This document shows, piece after piece, positions 52,640 to 62,411 of a DNA stretch of 64,000 bases (positions within the stretch are counted from its first letter, which is position 1; each line of letters begins with the position of its first letter). Origin of the DNA: Chloroflexota bacterium. Its GTDB lineage: Bacteria > Chloroflexota > Dehalococcoidia > GIF9 > UBA5629. The translations under genes were made by a program, and so were the position numbers. Where the stretch lies: assembly GCA_016875925.1 (NCBI GenBank), contig VGOO01000002.1, positions 4,431 to 68,430 of the forward strand, written 5' to 3'. Below the pieces are notes generated by a model. It saw nothing but the letters and a program-made list of their open reading frames with translations. It made no database searches and was not told the DNA's origin.

Positions 52640-55600
52640 ATGGCAACTCACAGAACTGTTTTTGTTTGCCAGGGCACGGGCTGTGTTTCTGGTGGTGGCG
52701 ATGCCGTCTACGAGGCGCTTAAAGCTGAGGTTGAACGTCATAAAGTGGCGGGAGTGGAAGTTGATTTCACTGGTTGCCACGGCTTCTGTGAACAAGGACC
52801 CAATGTAGTTATTGAACCTGAAGGCATCTTCTATACACGCGTGCAACCAGAAGACGCCGCGGAAATCGTCGCATCCCACTTTCGTGATAATAAACCCGTG
52901 GAGCGCCTCTTCTATTGTGATCCTGTCACAGGGCAAAGGATACCTTACTATGCAGAGATAAATTTCTATAAGAAGCAACAGCGCGTCATCCTACGCAACT
53001 GTGGGCGCATTAATCCAGAGAAGATAGACCATTACATTGAAGCTGGTGGTTATAGGGCGTTGCGGAAGGTGCTGTTGATGAAACCTGAAGAAGTAATTGA
53101 GGAAATCAAAAAGTCGGGGCTGCGGGGCAGGGGAGGTGCTGGCTTCCCCACTGGGCGAAAGTGGGAATTCTGCAGAGCTAGTCCTGGGTCAATTAAATAT
53201 GTCATCTGTAATGCAGATGAAGGTGACCCGGGCGCCTTTATGGACCGCTCCATCCTGGAGGCAGACCCTCATGCTGTTATCGAAGGTCTGGCTATTGCCG
53301 GATATGCAATAGGTGCCAGAGAAGGTTATATATATGTGCGTGCCGAATATCCGCTGGCGGTGAAGCGTTTCCGCATTGCGCTAGAGCAAGCGCAGCAGAG
53401 GGGCTTTTTGGGCATCGGTATCCTTGGCTCGAACTTTAGTTTTGTCATCCACGTTAAGGAGGGCGCTGGTGCTTTTGTCTGCGGCGAAGAAACGGCACTA
53501 ATTGCTTCTATTGAGAGCAAACGTGGTATGCCACGTCCCCGTCCACCCTTCCCGGCGCAATCCGGACTGGATGGCAAGCCCAGCAATATCAACAATGTGA
53601 AGACGTTGGCCTCAGTGTCTGTGATTATAGATAAGGGAGCAGAATGGTTCGCCAGTTTAGGTACGGAGAAAAGCAAGGGGACTGCAGTCTTTGCTCTGAC
53701 TGGCAAGATAGCCAATAGTGGCCTGGTGGAAGTGCCAATGGGCACGCCTTTGTCTACGGTTATCTTCGACATCGGAGGCGGAATCCCTCGTGGCAAGCGC
53801 TTCAAAGCGGTGCAGACTGGTGGTCCTTCGGGCGGTTGTATTTCCACCAGATTTATTGATACGCCAGTGGACTACGACTCGCTGGCTCAGCTTGGCTCAA
53901 TAATGGGCTCTGGTGGCATGGTAGTTATGGATGAGGCCACCTGTATGGTGGAGGTTGCCAGATATTTTCTGAGTTTCACCCAAGATGAATCATGTGGCAA
54001 GTGTGTACCCTGTAGACTGGGAACCAGGCAAATGCTGGAGATATTGACCAGGATTACGCAGGGTAAAGGACAAGATAGCGATATAGCAACATTGCTTAGT
54101 ATTGCCAAGACAGTGAAGGAAAGCTCGCTGTGTGGCTTGGGGCAGACCTGTCCTAACCCGGTGCTGACCACCATAAACTATTTTCGTGACGAATACGAAA
54201 CCCACATAAAAGAAAAGAGGTGTCCGGCTGCTGTCTGCGATTCTCTGATGATATCGCCCTGTCAGCATACCTGTCCAGTGGGCATCAATATTCCCAAATA
54301 TGTTGCTCATATTGCTAGTGGCGAACCCCTGGAGTCTGTGGAAACCATCCGGGAGAGGAACCCATTCCCGGCTATATGCGGTCGTATCTGCCATCATCCC
54401 TGCGAGGGCAGATGTCGTCGTGGTGAGCTGGATGAACCGGTGGCCATCAGGTCACTAAAGCGCTTTGCTTCCGATTGGTATTTCGATAACATTTCTAAGT
54501 TGCCTCCGCCCGAACCATTTCCCAGGACTAGACCTCAAAAGGTGGCAGTCATAGGGGCAGGGCCGACGGGACTCAGTTGTGCCTATTATCTTGCCCAGAT
54601 GGGATATGGTGTTACCGTCTTCGAGGCCTTGCCGGTAGGCGGTGGAATGCTTTCTGTGGCTATTCCTGATTTCCGGTTGCCTCGTAAAGTTATCGAACAG
54701 GAGATAGAGTACATCGCCAGGCGTGGTGTTGACATAAGATATAATACTCCTATAGGTGCTAATCTTACCGTCGATGATTTGAAGAAAGATGGCTTTGCTG
54801 CCGTGTTTGTAGCTGCTGGTGCTCAGCGCAGCCAGCGCGTGGGAATACCTGGTGAGCTGGAAGATGTGGAGGGTTTTCACTATGGGCTGCGATTCCTGCG
54901 AGATGTGAAGGTAGGTAAGCAGGTTAGGGTCGGGAAGAAGGTGGCTGTCATCGGTGGTGGCAATGTGGCGTTAGATGCAGCGCGAACCTCGCTGCGGCTT
55001 GGTGCAGATGAGGTTAGCATTTTTTACAGGAGGTCTCGTGAGGAAATGCCAGTGACAGAGGTGGAATATGAGGAGGCGGTGACCGAGGGAATACAAATCA
55101 GTTTCCTGGTCAGCCCAACTCGCATCGTTAATGATAACTGGAAAGTTACTGGCTTACAGTGTATCCGCATGCAGTTGGGAGAGATGGACGCCAGCGGTCG
55201 ACGCCGGCCACTGCCAATTCCTGGGTCCGAGTTCTTTGCGGAGGCGGACACAGTAATAGCCGCTGTTGGCCAAGCGCCTGACCTATCTTTTTTGCCTCCC
55301 GATAGTGCTTTGGAGCGGACCAGGTGGGAGACTCTGGCGGTTGATAGCAATACACTGGCTACCAATGTCCCTGGTGTCTTTGCCGGTGGAGATTTTGTGA
55401 CTGGTCCTGGTATGGTGATAGAGGCTATTGCTGCTGGCAGGAGGGGGGCGCTGGCTATAGATAAATACCTCAAGGCCGATACGTCAAGGGTGGAGATGTA
55501 TGACATGAAGACGGAGGTTATCCTGGAAGCTGCTACTAAGCCTGAAGAGGAGGCGTGGGAGTCACAAAAGAGGTTGGAGGTGCCCAGGTTGCCTACAGAG

Positions 55601-55699
55601 GAAAGGAAGAGCGGCTTTGAAGAAATAGAGCTCAGTTTCTCGGAGGAGATAGCTGTGCAAGAGGCCAAGCGATGCCTCAGGTGTGACCTGGAGAGATGA
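52640..55699 (+). CDS. Fusion protein: 2Fe-2S domain + NuoF/HydB-like (FMN, NAD(H), 4Fe-4S) + GltD/NfnB-like FAD/NAD(P)H oxidoreductase
   Basis: CQGTGC..GCHGFC. GLRGRGGAGFPTGRKW. NADEGDPGAFMDR. SCGKCVPCR. CGLGQ. Then ICGRICHHPCEGRCRRG, VAVIGAGPTGLSCAYYL and VAVIGGGNVALDAART. ATG 52640 is 1 nt after the nuoE-like stop. Confidence 0.9.
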   Translation: MATHRTVFVCQGTGCVSGGGDAVYEALKAEVERHKVAGVEVDFTGCHGFCEQGPNVVIEPEGIFYTRVQPEDAAEIVASHFRDNKPVERLFYCDPVTGQRIPYYAEINFYKKQQRVILRNCGRINPEKIDHYIEAGGYRALRKVLLMKPEEVIEEIKKSGLRGRGGAGFPTGRKWEFCRASPGSIKYVICNADEGDPGAFMDRSILEADPHAVIEGLAIAGYAIGAREGYIYVRAEYPLAVKRFRIALEQAQQRGFLGIGILGSNFSFVIHVKEGAGAFVCGEETALIASIESKRGMPRPRPPFPAQSGLDGKPSNINNVKTLASVSVIIDKGAEWFASLGTEKSKGTAVFALTGKIANSGLVEVPMGTPLSTVIFDIGGGIPRGKRFKAVQTGGPSGGCISTRFIDTPVDYDSLAQLGSIMGSGGMVVMDEATCMVEVARYFLSFTQDESCGKCVPCRLGTRQMLEILTRITQGKGQDSDIATLLSIAKTVKESSLCGLGQTCPNPVLTTINYFRDEYETHIKEKRCPAAVCDSLMISPCQHTCPVGINIPKYVAHIASGEPLESVETIRERNPFPAICGRICHHPCEGRCRRGELDEPVAIRSLKRFASDWYFDNISKLPPPEPFPRTRPQKVAVIGAGPTGLSCAYYLAQMGYGVTVFEALPVGGGMLSVAIPDFRLPRKVIEQEIEYIARRGVDIRYNTPIGANLTVDDLKKDGFAAVFVAAGAQRSQRVGIPGELEDVEGFHYGLRFLRDVKVGKQVRVGKKVAVIGGGNVALDAARTSLRLGADEVSIFYRRSREEMPVTEVEYEEAVTEGIQISFLVSPTRIVNDNWKVTGLQCIRMQLGEMDASGRRRPLPIPGSEFFAEADTVIAAVGQAPDLSFLPPDSALERTRWETLAVDSNTLATNVPGVFAGGDFVTGPGMVIEAIAAGRRGALAIDKYLKADTSRVEMYDMKTEVILEAATKPEEEAWESQKRLEVPRLPTEERKSGFEEIELSFSEEIAVQEAKRCLRCDLER

Positions 55700-55738
55700 T
55701 GGGCTTTGCTTTGAGGCGAAGCGGTGCTTTAGGAGAGT

Positions 55739-56389
55739 GTGACTATGAAATCTATAACTAAACAAAAACCGTTTGAGGAGACCAAGGGACAACTGGATGG
55801 ACTGGATAGGGTTTTTATTATAGGCTGTGGCACCTGCACTACCATGACCAAGACTGGTGGTCGGGACGAAGTGCTGGCTATGAAAGAAAAGCTGCAAGAG
55901 CTAGGCAAGATAGTTACCGGTTGGACGGTTATTCCCACTGCTTGTGACGAGATGACTGAGGTTGCCGTTAAGGAGAATAACGAAGCTATTGGCAATTCTG
56001 GCTGCCTGCTGGTGATGTCCTGTGCATTAGGGGTGCACAAGGTAAGTTCGTATCTTGACAAACCGGTAATACCCGGGGTGGATACGCTATTCATTGGCCT
56101 GGAAGATGAACCGGGAAATTTCCACGAGGTCTGTGCCCAGTGTGGCCAGTGCGTTTTGGGAGAGACAGCGGGAATTTGCCCTATAACCGCCTGTCACAAA
56201 GGTTTGGTTAATGGCCCCTGTGGAGGCACCAATAGGGGCAAGTGTGAGGTGGACAAGGAAAAGGATTGCGCCTGGACTTTGATATATCAGCGGCTAAATG
56301 CGCAGGGTCGGCTTGAACTGATGCGTAAACAGCAGCCGCCGAAGAATTTCCAAGCGGCACCCAGACCGCGGACGGTCAAGATTGTCTGA
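55739..56389 (+). CDS. metV: MetV (methylene-THF reductase C-terminal-domain-type Cys-rich subunit)
   Basis: IIGCGTCTT.., CAQCGQCVLGETAGICPITACHKGLVNGPCGGTNRGKCEVDKEKDCAW. GTG 55739 or ATG 55745. Confidence 0.85.
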   Translation: MTMKSITKQKPFEETKGQLDGLDRVFIIGCGTCTTMTKTGGRDEVLAMKEKLQELGKIVTGWTVIPTACDEMTEVAVKENNEAIGNSGCLLVMSCALGVHKVSSYLDKPVIPGVDTLFIGLEDEPGNFHEVCAQCGQCVLGETAGICPITACHKGLVNGPCGGTNRGKCEVDKEKDCAWTLIYQRLNAQGRLELMRKQQPPKNFQAAPRPRTVKIV

Positions 56390-56396
56390 GTGAGGG

Positions 56397-57287
56397 ATGG
56401 CTATGGTGACTAAATTTAAGGAAGCGCTTAATTCTGGGAAGTTTGTGGTAACCAGCGAGATTGGGCCGCCCAAAGGCACAAACATTGAAAACATGTTGCA
56501 TCATATTGACCTGCTTAAGGACAAGGTAGATGCCATGAATGTTACTGACCATCAAAGCTCGGTGATGCGGTTTCCGTCTATCGGCGGTTGCCTATCTGTC
56601 AGGGAACGTGGCGGCGAACCTATATTGCAGATGACCTGCCGCGACCGTAATCGTTTGGCTCTTCAAGCTGAGCTTCTTTTTGCCTATACCAGGGGTGTCC
56701 GAAATGTGCTCTGCCTGACTGGAGACGCTGTGCCTGTCGGCGACCATAAGGAAGCTAAAGGCGTTTTTGACCTTGATTCATCTCAGTTGCTGAGGGCTAT
56801 ACGTCAACTTGAATCGGGTAAAGATTTGGGAGGTAATGACCTGGACGGCGCTGTCGAGTTCTGCGCTGGCGCCATAGTGACGCCGGAGGCCAATCCCATA
56901 GAACCTCAGTTGATCAAATTTGAGAAGAAGGTGGAAGCCGGAGCCGAGTTTTTTCAGACGCAGGCTATTTACGACCTGGATAATTTCGCCAAATTTATGA
57001 AGTATGCTCGGAAATTCCCGGTGAAGATACTGGCTGGAATAGTGCTGTTGACCTCAGCGAGGATGGCCAAGTATATGACAGACAATGTCCCTGGCATTTT
57101 TGTGCCGCAAAACTTGATTGATGAGCTGGCAGCAGCACCTAAGGGTGAGGCGCTGAAGAAGGGCATTGAGATCGCCGGCAGGATGATTGCGGCGTTGAAG
57201 AAAGACTCTGTTTGCGATGGTGTCCATGTCATGGCCATAGGTAAGGAAGAGGTGGTTCCTGAGATTTTGGCTGAGGCTGGGCTATGA
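56397..57287 (+). CDS. metF: Methylenetetrahydrofolate reductase
   Basis: FVVTSEIGPPKG, NVTDHQSS, LQMTCRDRNR, LCLTGD and FQTQAIYD. Confidence 0.9.
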   Translation: MAMVTKFKEALNSGKFVVTSEIGPPKGTNIENMLHHIDLLKDKVDAMNVTDHQSSVMRFPSIGGCLSVRERGGEPILQMTCRDRNRLALQAELLFAYTRGVRNVLCLTGDAVPVGDHKEAKGVFDLDSSQLLRAIRQLESGKDLGGNDLDGAVEFCAGAIVTPEANPIEPQLIKFEKKVEAGAEFFQTQAIYDLDNFAKFMKYARKFPVKILAGIVLLTSARMAKYMTDNVPGIFVPQNLIDELAAAPKGEALKKGIEIAGRMIAALKKDSVCDGVHVMAIGKEEVVPEILAEAGL

Positions 57288-57395
57288 TTTGAACGCCAGT
57301 CCTTTACCCCTCCTGCTCAATATCCTACAATGTGACCTCTAGCGGGTCAGTCGAATTTCTATTAGGTAACTGTCTGTTCCAGAGGAGGTATCGCT

Positions 57396-58175
57396 ATGGC
57401 CAAAATTGAGATTGAGAGCAAAGGGCGTGCTTTCATCGTGACCATTAACAGGCCCGAAGTACGCAATGCGGTAGATGGGGAAACTGCGGAACTGCTGTGC
57501 AAGGCAGTGGATACCTTTCGGAAAGATGATGGTCTCGATGTCTTGATACTTACCGGAGCTGGTGATGTGTCCTTCTGCGCAGGGGCTGACCTGAGGAAGG
57601 TGGAGAGCCTGATATCCTGGAAATATTCTGAAACGTGCGGGCCCATGGGCATTAGCCGTATTACCGATGTCCGCAAGCCGACCATAGCTGCTGTGAACGG
57701 CTATTGCCTGGCTGGGGGGTTGGAGCTGGCCTGCTGGTGTGATTTTCGTATTGCCAGTCGCAATGCCAGCTTTGGCGTGGTTAACCGCCGCTGGGGAGTA
57801 CCCCTGATTGATGGCGGCACCCAGCGTTTGTGGCGGGTAGTGGGTCTGGGAAATGCGCTTTACATGATAGAGACCGGCGTGCAGATAGATGCTGAACATG
57901 CGCTGCGAATTGGCCTGGTTCAGGAGATCGTGTCGCAAGGACAAGCTCTTTCAAGGTCTTTGGAATTGGCCAAGTCTATTTCTAGCTATCCCCAGGTGAG
58001 CCTGCGCAATGACCGCCGCAGCGTGTACGAGGGCTTGTCGTTACCATTGCCTGAGGGGTTAAGACTGGAGAAGCGCTTGCATAAAGACAGCATAAAAGAC
58101 CCTGGCATGGCCGAGGGCATCCGCCGCTACTCTGATGGTCGGCGTCCCCAGCCACCTCGTCCGGAATCTCGCTGA
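57396..58175 (+). CDS. Enoyl-CoA hydratase/isomerase (crotonase) family
   Basis: FIVTINRPEVRNA.., LTGAGDVSFCAGADL and AAVNGYCLAGGLELA. Confidence 0.9.
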   Translation: MAKIEIESKGRAFIVTINRPEVRNAVDGETAELLCKAVDTFRKDDGLDVLILTGAGDVSFCAGADLRKVESLISWKYSETCGPMGISRITDVRKPTIAAVNGYCLAGGLELACWCDFRIASRNASFGVVNRRWGVPLIDGGTQRLWRVVGLGNALYMIETGVQIDAEHALRIGLVQEIVSQGQALSRSLELAKSISSYPQVSLRNDRRSVYEGLSLPLPEGLRLEKRLHKDSIKDPGMAEGIRRYSDGRRPQPPRPESR

Positions 58176-58184
58176 CAAGGTATT

Positions 58185-59960
58185 TTAGGGCACCAGTGTT
58201 TTGCCCTTGCTGTTGCGGAACAGGAAATCTAATAGGGGCTTAAAGACCAGGTTTTCACGGTGTCCGGGACGGTCTACGGCAGCACAGGCTATGTCGAGAT
58301 GGTTATAGCCCGGAGCCATAATGGTCACAAATTCGGTGGAGGCGATGCTGCTCTTGTATTCGTCCCAGCCGGAAATATGGGGAACATCGCCATGTGGTGC
58401 GCCGAAGGCAATTACGGGCACGTCTACCTTGGGGTTATGGAAAAAGGTCAACCCAACGTCTTTATTGAATGGTGTCCCAGCAGCTCCGATGTCCAACCTA
58501 AGACGCGATGGGAAATACCATTCGGTGTAGTTGGACGGGCCACGGTAGAGCACGCGGGCGAAGTCCTGGATGTCGGTCATTTCTTCGATTATGGTAGTGT
58601 AGATGACCTTGCCGTTTGTGCTGCGATAGTCAGGGTCATTAGCGTTGCCTATTTCATCGAAATTCACCCAGGAGTAGAGAGGGCCTTTTCCTAGTTCATT
58701 TCGCGGGCCAGCATCCCAGGGGATGAACAGGTTATCGAGGTCTATTCCGCGTATACCTAACAGCTTGGACAGCGAGCCGGGGAAGCTCTTCTTGACCACG
58801 GGGCCACCCTGAAGGAATCCCATGCTAACTTGTAGCATCTTGACCGGCTGGAAGTTGTCATCCATGAATACCCCCAGCAATGCCTCGTTGGTGTATCTGA
58901 AATCGGAGACTGCAGGCTTGCCGGATATGAAGTGAATCAAATCCCTGGAATGGAGTAGCTGTAGTAGCGCAGCCACCTCTTGAGAATAGGGGACATTTTT
59001 GAACAAGGTGGATTCTTCGTCTGGATGGGCAGCCGCCGACATGGCCATTATCTCCAGCAAAGCCATGGCTTCAGGGGAAACGCCCTGGAAGAAATCGAGC
59101 CGTGGTGCTATGCCGGCACGGATATCCTGTAGTCGCTGATTGTAGTCTTCTTGGCTGATGTTGCTAAAGCCTTTGATGTCCCAGTAGAATACGGGACCAT
59201 CCAGCAGAACTAAGCCGGCGCAGTTACGGTATCCGGCGTCTTCGAGTGTGTTTGGGTTTCCATCAAAGTCCCAGCCGGCGAATAGTGCTGTGAGTGGAGT
59301 GCCCAGGGAATGCCCACCGATGAACACTGTCTTCCGGCGCTCCCCCGGGTCTGGTATTTTGCTGGTGATAATCTGGTAAATATCCTCCATGGCTAGCTTC
59401 AGGCCGAACTCAGAAAGATAAGGAACGTCTTGCTCCTTGAGGAAGCCCTGGAATGTCTTGTCTTTGATGGTGCTGCCTCGATAGTAGTAGTCAATGGCTA
59501 TCTTTGGGTCAGGGAGTTCACCGGATTCTTCGGCGGCGTTCATGCCGGTGAGGTCCTCCAGGCAGTTTGGCCTGCGGTCGATAGCCCAAACCTCAAGACT
59601 TTCCTTGCCTTGGGCTTCTGACATGGAGACCAGTTGCCTGCCCATATACTCGAACTCGTTGGCGCCGCCCATGTAACCCGGCATCAGCACTAGGATGGCA
59701 TTTACTTCCTTGGGCTTGCCGTCAGACGTGGCTGGCCTGTATCTAATAAAGTGGATGTAATCGCAGGAGTCGGGTGGCACACCGTTATCTCTGGGTGCAG
59801 GGGAATAGATTGTCTCCTCTTCTACGATTACCTTCTGTGGGATGGATTGTCGTGCTGCCGGGGATTTGGGGTTCTCTGGTACTGGCCCCCCAGGGCTGTA
59901 GCAGCCGCTAAGTAGAATTAGACAGGCTAGAACGAGCCATAGGATGTGCGTTTTATTCAT
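58185..59960 (-). CDS. Large alpha/beta-hydrolase-like lipoprotein (lipase/esterase nucleophile motif)
   Basis: Lipobox LILLSGC. GxSxG motif FIGGHSLGTP. 591 aa. Confidence 0.65.
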   Translation of the reverse strand: MNKTHILWLVLACLILLSGCYSPGGPVPENPKSPAARQSIPQKVIVEEETIYSPAPRDNGVPPDSCDYIHFIRYRPATSDGKPKEVNAILVLMPGYMGGANEFEYMGRQLVSMSEAQGKESLEVWAIDRRPNCLEDLTGMNAAEESGELPDPKIAIDYYYRGSTIKDKTFQGFLKEQDVPYLSEFGLKLAMEDIYQIITSKIPDPGERRKTVFIGGHSLGTPLTALFAGWDFDGNPNTLEDAGYRNCAGLVLLDGPVFYWDIKGFSNISQEDYNQRLQDIRAGIAPRLDFFQGVSPEAMALLEIMAMSAAAHPDEESTLFKNVPYSQEVAALLQLLHSRDLIHFISGKPAVSDFRYTNEALLGVFMDDNFQPVKMLQVSMGFLQGGPVVKKSFPGSLSKLLGIRGIDLDNLFIPWDAGPRNELGKGPLYSWVNFDEIGNANDPDYRSTNGKVIYTTIIEEMTDIQDFARVLYRGPSNYTEWYFPSRLRLDIGAAGTPFNKDVGLTFFHNPKVDVPVIAFGAPHGDVPHISGWDEYKSSIASTEFVTIMAPGYNHLDIACAAVDRPGHRENLVFKPLLDFLFRNSKGKTLVP

Positions 59961-60058
59961 CTTCTTACCTCCTTATGTGCCTGAATAGTCCGGTGAATCT
60001 ATCATATATTCAAGCGGGGCTGAAGCCCCATGCCATGGATTATCTGAAGGACTGTCCG

Positions 60059-61315
60059 TCAAGCTTCGGCGTCTTTCTGAAGGATATAGCTGCGGGCGAT
60101 TTTGAGAGTTGCTTCTACTACTTCAGGCTCGATGTATTTTGTCAGGTCATTCTTGGTGTGGTACACCATGTCTTTCCCAAAGGCGTTGACATCGAAGCTC
60201 ATAGCAGCCATGTTGGTGGCTTCTACGCCGATTTCTCCAAAAGCTGCTGCGTCGGTGCTGCCGCCACCGAAGGGCATGCCGGAGACTACGGCTGGATAGC
60301 CCAGTGCGTGGGCGATATCAACGCAATCCTGAGCCACCTGACGGGAGAGCTTGACCGTGGTGTTCAGGTCGTGGGCGAGGAAATTGATGTCCTTGACCTT
60401 GTAGAGAGTATCAATGTTAAAGACGTAGGTCTTAGTGCCCAGCAGCTCATCCCTGTGTTTCCTGCAGAAGGCTCTGGCGCCGCGCAATCCTGCTTCCTCG
60501 GCGTCGAAGGATACTATCATCAGACGGGTGTGCTGCAGGATGTTTTTGCCTGTTTTTTTGGCTTCCTGGAATATCCTGGCTACCTCGTTGGTGGTTGCTA
60601 CTGCAATCATGTTGTCCCCTGCCCCTGGTGACACCTGACCAGTGGTGAAAAAGGCTAGCGGTAGCACCAGGATGCTGCAGATGACCAGAGCCAGTGGTAT
60701 AGATGGGTGTGCCCAGGCGGGAGGTGGGACATCGAACAGCATCAGGACTGTCCATATCAGGGATACCAGAAATCCCACGATGAGAAACAGGATACCCCCT
60801 TGCATGAAAGTGGAGTAGAACTTGGGCATGTGGGCAATTAACTGGAAGACGTAGGCGGCGTCATGATGGGCGCTCAGTATAACTTGCTGTTTTACCTTGC
60901 CTTCGGGCTCGATTTTGCCATAGACATTGTATCCTCTAGCCCTGGGGAAAAGCGGGTCGAGCAAGTGCCAGTAGCGCACAAACTGTCCGTAAAAGGCAAA
61001 GATGACCACGGCGAAGCCGATGAGTGCTGGCACCGGATACCGGAACAGCAGCAGGAAGGAGCAGATTATCCCGATAATCACAATGGCTGGGATGTATTTC
61101 AGGAAGCTTTTTGGGTGGCAAGTAAATTCTTCAATATCTACGGAGCCTTGGTCACAGTTCCTGGAGAACTCCTCTTTCAATCGCATTGCAGTCTCAAGAC
61201 ATGCCCTTGTTCCTGTCAGCCTGCTGGGGTAGCGCTCTACGATTTTGTCGGTTAGATTGAAAACATGTTTCACGTTGTCTCTGGTTATTTCCGACTTGCC
61301 GTTGTTTTTGCCCAT
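60059..61315 (-). CDS. Membrane-embedded M28-family metallopeptidase
   Basis: ILSAHHDAAY, SFDAEEAGLRGARAF and GGGSTDAAAF, with several TM helices in the middle. Confidence 0.75.
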   Translation of the reverse strand: MGKNNGKSEITRDNVKHVFNLTDKIVERYPSRLTGTRACLETAMRLKEEFSRNCDQGSVDIEEFTCHPKSFLKYIPAIVIIGIICSFLLLFRYPVPALIGFAVVIFAFYGQFVRYWHLLDPLFPRARGYNVYGKIEPEGKVKQQVILSAHHDAAYVFQLIAHMPKFYSTFMQGGILFLIVGFLVSLIWTVLMLFDVPPPAWAHPSIPLALVICSILVLPLAFFTTGQVSPGAGDNMIAVATTNEVARIFQEAKKTGKNILQHTRLMIVSFDAEEAGLRGARAFCRKHRDELLGTKTYVFNIDTLYKVKDINFLAHDLNTTVKLSRQVAQDCVDIAHALGYPAVVSGMPFGGGSTDAAAFGEIGVEATNMAAMSFDVNAFGKDMVYHTKNDLTKYIEPEVVEATLKIARSYILQKDAEA

Positions 61316-61487
61316 CGTTCACCTCTACGCAGTTGCTTGTTGCAGATTGGTTGTGCTGTTACCTGCATATGATACCAGTCTTTGGTTCAAATGCAAGTGT
61401 TATTTCCCTGTTTAAAAATGGCATGTGTATTTTACCTTTTTGATGAAAAATATGGACATTAAGAAGGCCGGGGGCTAAACTTTTGTC

Positions 61488-62264
61488 ATGGCTAGCAGAG
61501 GCCGTCCACGGCTGGTGATGGTTACGCAGGGCGAGGTAGCCCTTGATGGGCGGACGGTTTCCTATGTTGTGAAGCGCAGCGCCAGGGCGCGGAATATAAG
61601 GCTTGAGATAAGGAGAGGGCAGGGCCTTGTAGTAGTTATCCCGCGGGTGTGTCCGGTGGGGCGGGTAGCCGAAGTATTGAAGGCAAAGAAGCGTTGGATT
61701 TTGCGTAACTTGGCCAGGCAAAGTCAACTGCTTCCACAACTGTGTGGACGGGGGATAAAGTTTGGCGATGTTGTCTCCTATCTTGGTCGGCCGTTGATGG
61801 TGGTGGCGGGGAAGAACCGCGGTGTGGCGTGTGCCAGACTGGAACGGAACCGGCTGGTAGTGAATGGCGTGTCATCTGGGGGAGAAATAGGCCCAGTGCT
61901 GGAGCAATGGTATCGAGTACAGGCTGCCAGTCTGATACTGGAAAGGGTAGGGAAATGGGGCACTGAGCTTGGTGTAAATCCCGGCAAAGTGACCATTCGA
62001 GGGCAGAGGACAAGGTGGGGAAGCTGCTCTCGAAAAGGGAATCTCAGCTTCAATTGGAAGCTGGTAATGGCACCGGAGGCAGTTATTGACTATGTGGTCA
62101 TTCATGAACTTGCTCATCTAAAGGAAATGAACCACTCTAAGAGGTTCTGGCGGCTGGTAGCCCAACATTGTCCGGAGTGCCGCTATTGTAGAAAATGGCT
62201 CAGGACGCATGAAGCCGAGCTTAGCAGCGGATTGTTTGCTCGTCAGATGCCACTCAGCATATAG
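61488..62264 (+). CDS. YgjP/DUF45 (M48-like, HExxH) metal-dependent hydrolase
   Basis: VVIHELAHLKEMNHSKRFW, TRWGSCS. The true start may be downstream. Confidence 0.75.
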   Translation: MASRGRPRLVMVTQGEVALDGRTVSYVVKRSARARNIRLEIRRGQGLVVVIPRVCPVGRVAEVLKAKKRWILRNLARQSQLLPQLCGRGIKFGDVVSYLGRPLMVVAGKNRGVACARLERNRLVVNGVSSGGEIGPVLEQWYRVQAASLILERVGKWGTELGVNPGKVTIRGQRTRWGSCSRKGNLSFNWKLVMAPEAVIDYVVIHELAHLKEMNHSKRFWRLVAQHCPECRYCRKWLRTHEAELSSGLFARQMPLSI

Positions 62265-62411
62265 CGGTCTGTCATATATCTCGACTTGCGAGCCGCTTAT
62301 CCCCTTACATTCCGTGCGAACATTGGCATTATGGGTGTTGCCTTCTATAATATAGGCAATGGATGAAGTGGCATATTTGGCAACAGGTCACAGAAAGCCA
62401 GGGTAATCGTT

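Noticed and set aside
55024-55668. 214-aa minus-strand ORF (plus 53326-53847 and 52081-52641)
   Set aside because: These are antisense to the NuoF-GltD and NuoE-like genes and are Ser-rich shadow frames.
57339-57944. 201-aa minus-strand ORF
   Set aside because: It is antisense to the crotonase gene, which has clear family motifs.
59975-60631. 218-aa plus-strand ORF
   Set aside because: It is antisense to the M28 peptidase gene.
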